From the human T2T-CHM13v2.0 reference genome, Homo sapiens, in the NCBI RefSeq assembly GCF_009914755.1, contig NC_060945.1: a DNA stretch of 64,000 nt; one strand, given 5' to 3'. Of the stretch, positions 59,750 to 64,000 are shown one piece after another (position 1 is the stretch's first letter; each line of letters starts with the position of its first letter). The position numbers and the translations under genes are program-made. The notes below the pieces were generated by a model. That model worked only from the letters and a program-made list of their open reading frames with translations, was not told the origin of the DNA and ran no database searches.

Positions 59750-59928
59750 GCATCAGCAATGCAGAAGCACGGCAGCCAGGGAAGGCCCCCAACTTCAGTG
59801 TCAACTGGACGGTAGGCGACTCCGCTATTGAGGTCATCAACGCCACGACTGGGAAGGATGAGCTGGGCCGCGCGTCCCGCCTGTGTAAGCACGCGTTGTA
59901 CTGTCGCTGGATGCGTGTGCACGGCAAG
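59750..59928 (+). CDS. ADARB1: ADARB1 coding exon 8 (179 nt; ISNAEARQPGKAPNFSVNW...RVHGK)
   Basis: Acceptor gtttcAG|GC, donor AAG|GTACTG; part of ORF 59734..59976. Confidence 0.98.
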
Positions 59929-60931
59929 GTACTGAGGCGCCCTCACCGCAATGCGCCGGCTCCACCTCCCCAATAGCTTGTCTGTCCTCACACCTACTGT
60001 TCCTTAAGTTGTTTCGTCATGTCATCATGCACAGCTTCCGAAAACGATCACTTGGAATGATTCTTCCTTCAGATTGTTTTAGCTTAGAAGTGTGGCTACG
60101 TCCCTGAAACCTTAATGCCATCTCAAAGGCAGCTCTTTTCCTCCCTGCTGCAGGGTAACACCCACTGCCAGGCCACTGTGTGTGGTGGAAACGTCTCTTA
60201 CTCTCAGATATTGAAAGTCATTATGCAAAACGCAGGGCCAGTCACCCTGCTGTCCCCTCCTTCTCAGCAACATAAAAATTGCTTGGATTGTGATAACCCT
60301 CCAGTGGAGTTTTTAAACCTTTTGAATTAGCTGTGGGGCCCTTTTTTCCCCAGAATAAAACTTTATATAGTAAGTCAGGGTATTACTAGTTTGTGTGTAT
60401 TCTTCAGTCAAGTAGATGGCATCTGTTTATTCTGAGACCAGCATTGTGCACTGGCATGGGAGGTATAGCCAGAAGGGACAGTGCCCGGGAGGGTCCTGTT
60501 CACCAGGGGCAGCACCCAGGCCAGCTGCCACAAGTCCAAGGTCCACACAGAAGGAGTTACTGGCCGCATGAGGGAAGGCCTCCGAGGTCATCAGGGTGAT
60601 GACACACATAACATCCGTGGTGCTTCTTAGAGTTAAAAATGAAACGTGAATCCACTATTGGTGGTTTCCCAGAAGCATGTCTTCAGAACTCGGGGGTCTG
60701 TAGCTGCCTGTTTGACCAGCAAGACTGGAACTTGGCAATAACTCAGCCCTTAGGAGACGCCGCACCTTGTTCTGTGTGAAGCCGTTCCCTTGGCAGAAGG
60801 CGCCTTCCTCTGGGTTGCTTTCCCCCCAGAAGCCAATGCAGTTCTGAAGGCCATGTTTTGGTATCTTATTAGGTGTTGTTTTCATCTGTTACAGCGTCAA
60901 CAGTTGCATTTGTTTTTTTATCCCTTCACAG

Positions 60932-61111
60932 GTTCCCTCCCACTTACTACGCTCCAAGATTACCAAACCCAACGTGTACCATGAGTCCAAGCTGGCGGCA
61001 AAGGAGTACCAGGCCGCCAAGGCGCGTCTGTTCACAGCCTTCATCAAGGCGGGGCTGGGGGCCTGGGTGGAGAAGCCCACCGAGCAGGACCAGTTCTCAC
61101 TCACGCCCTGA
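60932..61111 (+). CDS. ADARB1: ADARB1 last coding exon (VPSHLLRSK...[15 protein letters not shown])
   Basis: Acceptor ccttcacAG|GTT, TGA at 61109-61111; typical ADAR C-terminal GxWVxKP motif. Confidence 0.99.
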   Translation, partial: VPSHLLRSKITKPNVYHESKLAAKEYQAAKARLFTAFIKAGLGAWVEKPTEQDQFSLTP

Positions 61112-61477
61112 CCCGGGCAGACATGATGGGGGGTGCAGGGGGCTGTGGGCATCCAGCGTCATCCTCCAGAACCTCACATCTGAACTGGGGGCAGGTGCAT
61201 ACCTTGGGGAGGGAGTAGGGGGACACGGGGGACCACCAGGTGTCCACGGTTGTCCCCAGCATCTCACATCAGACCTGGGGCAGGTGCGCAGTGTGGGGAG
61301 GGGATGGGGTGCGTCAGGGCCCAGCATCGCCGCCTGGCATCTCTCTGCCGCAGCATTTCCCCTTCTGAACCGTCCAGTGACTGCTTTCAATCTCGGTTTA
61401 CGTTTAGAAATTGAGTTCTACTGAGTAGGGCTTCCTTAAGTTTAGGAAAATAGAAATTACTTTGTGTGAAATTCTTG

Positions 61478-61483
61478 AATAAA
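61478..61483 (+). terminator. Candidate proximal poly(A) signal AATAAA
   Basis: Canonical hexamer ~370 nt after the stop, followed by GU-rich atgtggttt. Confidence 0.5.
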
Positions 61484-63386
61484 TAATTTATTCAGAGCTA
61501 GGAATGTGGTTTATAAAATAGGAAGTAATTGTGTCAGGTCACTTTTATGCCACATTATTTTAATTGCAAAAAAGCATCTATATATGGAGGAGGGTGGGAA
61601 AATAGAGGTAGGAAATAGTAGCCTAAAGGAAATCGCCACACGTCTGTCTAAACTTAGGTCTCTTTTCTCCGTAGGTACCTCCCTGGGTAGTTCCACACAC
61701 TAGGTTGTAACAGTCTCTCCCTGAGGAGCAGACTCCCAGCATGGTGTAGCGTGGCCCTGTCACGCACATGGGGTCCCGCAGCAGTGACTGTGTGTCCTGC
61801 AGAGGCGTGACCCAGGCCCCTGTAGCCCTCAGCCTCCTCTAGAAGCTTCTGTACTCCTTGTAGGATCAGATCATGGAAAACTTTTCTCAGTTTACTTCTA
61901 AGTAATCACAGATAATACATGGCCAGTAATCCCAGGCTGGCCATTCATTCAGGTTTTTTAAAGGATATTTAACTTTTATGGACTAGAAGGAATCACGAGG
62001 GCTACTGCACAATACATGGCCTAAGTTCCCTCTGTTCCTTCCTCTGAATCGAATGGATGTGGGTGACCGCCCGAAGGCCTTCACAGGATGGAAGTAGAAT
62101 GATTTCAGTAGATACTCATTCTTGGAAAATGCCATAGTTTTAAATTATTGTTTCCAGCTTTATCAAAGACATGTTTGAAAAATAAAAAGCATCCAAGTGA
62201 GAGCTGGTGAGACCACGTGCTGCTGGCGTAGTGTAGGCCAGACATTGACAGTCCTGACGGGAGCTCAGGGCTGCCCAGCGCCCAGCGTGCACGGGACGGC
62301 CCCACGACAGAGGGAGTCAGCCCGGGAGGTCAGGAGCGCGGCGGGCGAGGGCCCTGTGTGGACCACCTCCACCAAGCTCAGAGATTTGCACCAGGTGCCT
62401 TGTTGCCTCCGCTCAGGATGAAAGAGGAGCTGAGAGAAGTGCTCTGCCTGCCAGTGCAGTGCCCAGCTCCAAGGCTCTAGAGGGTGTTCAGGTGGGTCTC
62501 CTGGGGCCATGGGGAGAGATTGGTGCAGACCTTACCCCACAGCATACACCTGCCACAGCGAAATCCAGGGTGTTGGCACCTGTGTGTCCGTGATGAGCCT
62601 AGGAAACCAGAGCAGGGGCAGAGGGGCGTCATCCTCCCACCGGACGCTGGGAGCTCAGACCCCAAAACTGAAACACCGTGGCTTCGGCGGGGGGTGTGCC
62701 TCCTGATGTCAGGAGCCCCATCCACGTGTGTCCACACAGATCTCGTCGCAGCACGGCAGGAAGGGGTGCTGCTTAGGGCTCATTGTTGGGGACATGACCG
62801 GGTTCAGCGGCTAGAACATCTGCCCCACAGCAGCCTCCTCCTCCACCGAAGAGGGTAGTTGTCTCCCTGAAGCAGTCACAGCAGGCGTCTCTGCCGCTCC
62901 GTCACCACAGTGGGGTTTTGTTCAGGCAGATCGCGCTGGGGTTCTGCACCTGCAGAAGGAGAGGGGTCTGTTGTCGCTGGCTTTCCCCCAAGCAGGCTCT
63001 TGCACACTCTAGAAAAAACACCTTGTAAGTCTGTGCATTTTTATTGTCTTGATAAATTGTATTTTTTTCTAATGGGGATTGGGAGATGGACTTCGTTTTT
63101 AAAAATATGTGGATTTTGGTTACCAAGTTTAGTGTTAATATATTCCATATACATACAAAACTACCCGGTATGTCTGGCTTTTCCCTTCTGTCAGGTAATA
63201 GCTAAAGTCAGCATGATTGCTCCCTGTACCACCCCAAATAAGTGAGTGCCTCACCTTGTGGGGCCTGAGCAGCTACCTTGAGACCATGTGAGGTGGCACC
63301 TTTCCGGGGTGGACTCGTGCGGCCTTGAGGACAGGCACAGGGCACCCTATCCCAAGCCGTCCAGGCAGGAGGAAGGCAGCCAAGGC

Positions 63387-64000
63387 AACTGGGTTCTGGG
63401 AGCCCTGGGTGGGGCAGCTGTGGGGAGGAACTGGGTTCGGGGAGCCCTGGGCAGGGCGGCTGTGGGGAGGAACTGGGTTCGGGGAGCCCTGTCCGGCGGG
63501 GGGCTGTGGGGCGGGGAGCTGGGTTCGGGGAGCCCTGGGCGGGGTGGCTGTTGGGGGGAACTGGGTTCGGGGAGCCCTGGGCGGGGTGGCTTTTGGGGGG
63601 AACTGGGTTCGGGGAGCCCTGGGCGGGGTGGCTGTTGGGGGGAGCTGGGTTCGGGGAGCCCTGGGCGGGGTGGCTGTTGGGGGGAGCTGGGTTCGGGGAG
63701 CCCTGGGCGGGGCGGCTGTTGGGGGGAACTGGGTTCGGGGAGCCCTGGGTGGGGCGGCTGTGGGGAGGAACTGGTTTCGGGGAGCCCTGGGCGGGGGGGT
63801 GTAGGGGGGCGGCTGTGGGGGGGAACTGGTTTCGGGGAGCTCTGGGCGGGGCGGTTGTTGGGGGGAACTGGGTTCCGGGAGCCCTGGGCGGGGTGGCTTT
63901 TGGGGGGAACTGGGTTCGGGGAGCCCTGGGCGGGGTGGCTTTTGGGGGGAACTGGGTTCGGGGAGCCCTGGGCGGGGTGGCTTTTGGGGGGAACTGGGTT
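63387..64000. repeat. G-rich 42-bp minisatellite in the 3'UTR (~15 copies, runs off the window)
   Basis: AACTGGGTTCGGGGAGCCCTGGGCGGGGTGGCTGTTGGGGGG, period 42. Confidence 0.97.

Larger units (their letters stand above)
61112..64000 (+). other. ADARB1: ADARB1 3'UTR (long form, continues beyond the window)
   Basis: Sequence following the stop codon, with AATAAA at 61478 and ~62181. A long 3'UTR is from recall. Confidence 0.8.

Noticed and set aside
60873-61424. 183-aa alternative-frame ORF over the last exon
   Set aside because: Non-ATG start in an intron, GC-rich shadow frame, and no evidence of use.
63325-63804. 159-aa Gly/Trp-rich ORF
   Set aside because: Translation of the 42-bp minisatellite, with a non-ATG start, in the 3'UTR.

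Overview
This is primate (almost certainly human) genomic DNA carrying the whole coding region of ADARB1 (ADAR2/RED1, the A-to-I dsRNA editing enzyme; 21q22.3 from recall) on the + strand. I reconstructed nine constitutive coding exons by hand (10610-10637, 14679-15613, 19278-19392, 21533-21701, 22310-22458, 23870-24038, 43474-43655, 59750-59928, 60932-61111). They total 2106 nt, or 701 aa plus stop. A 120-nt antisense-Alu cassette exon (23421-23540) gives the 741-aa form. The promoter and upstream 5'UTR exons appear to lie left of the window, and the 3'UTR runs off the right end inside a G-rich 42-bp VNTR. Introns are filled with Alu, L1, LTR (MER52A, THE1, MLT), MER44 and Hsmar2 relics; nearly all other listed ORFs are spurious or repeat-derived. 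The most informative non-coding signals concern the gene's own RNA processing: the known auto-editing AA->AI splice acceptor (A14631) and a complementary sequence ~1.4 kb upstream; three GC-type donors; an inverted Alu pair bracketing a stop-free, in-frame 1368-nt exon block (circRNA hypothesis); a 3'UTR donor 83 nt past the stop; and a hairpin-embedded AATAAA. There is no prokaryote-type system or CRISPR array. The novel items are hypotheses, not established results. Exon numbers below count from the AUG-containing exon. Repeat subfamily names are from recalled consensus sequences, not a database search.
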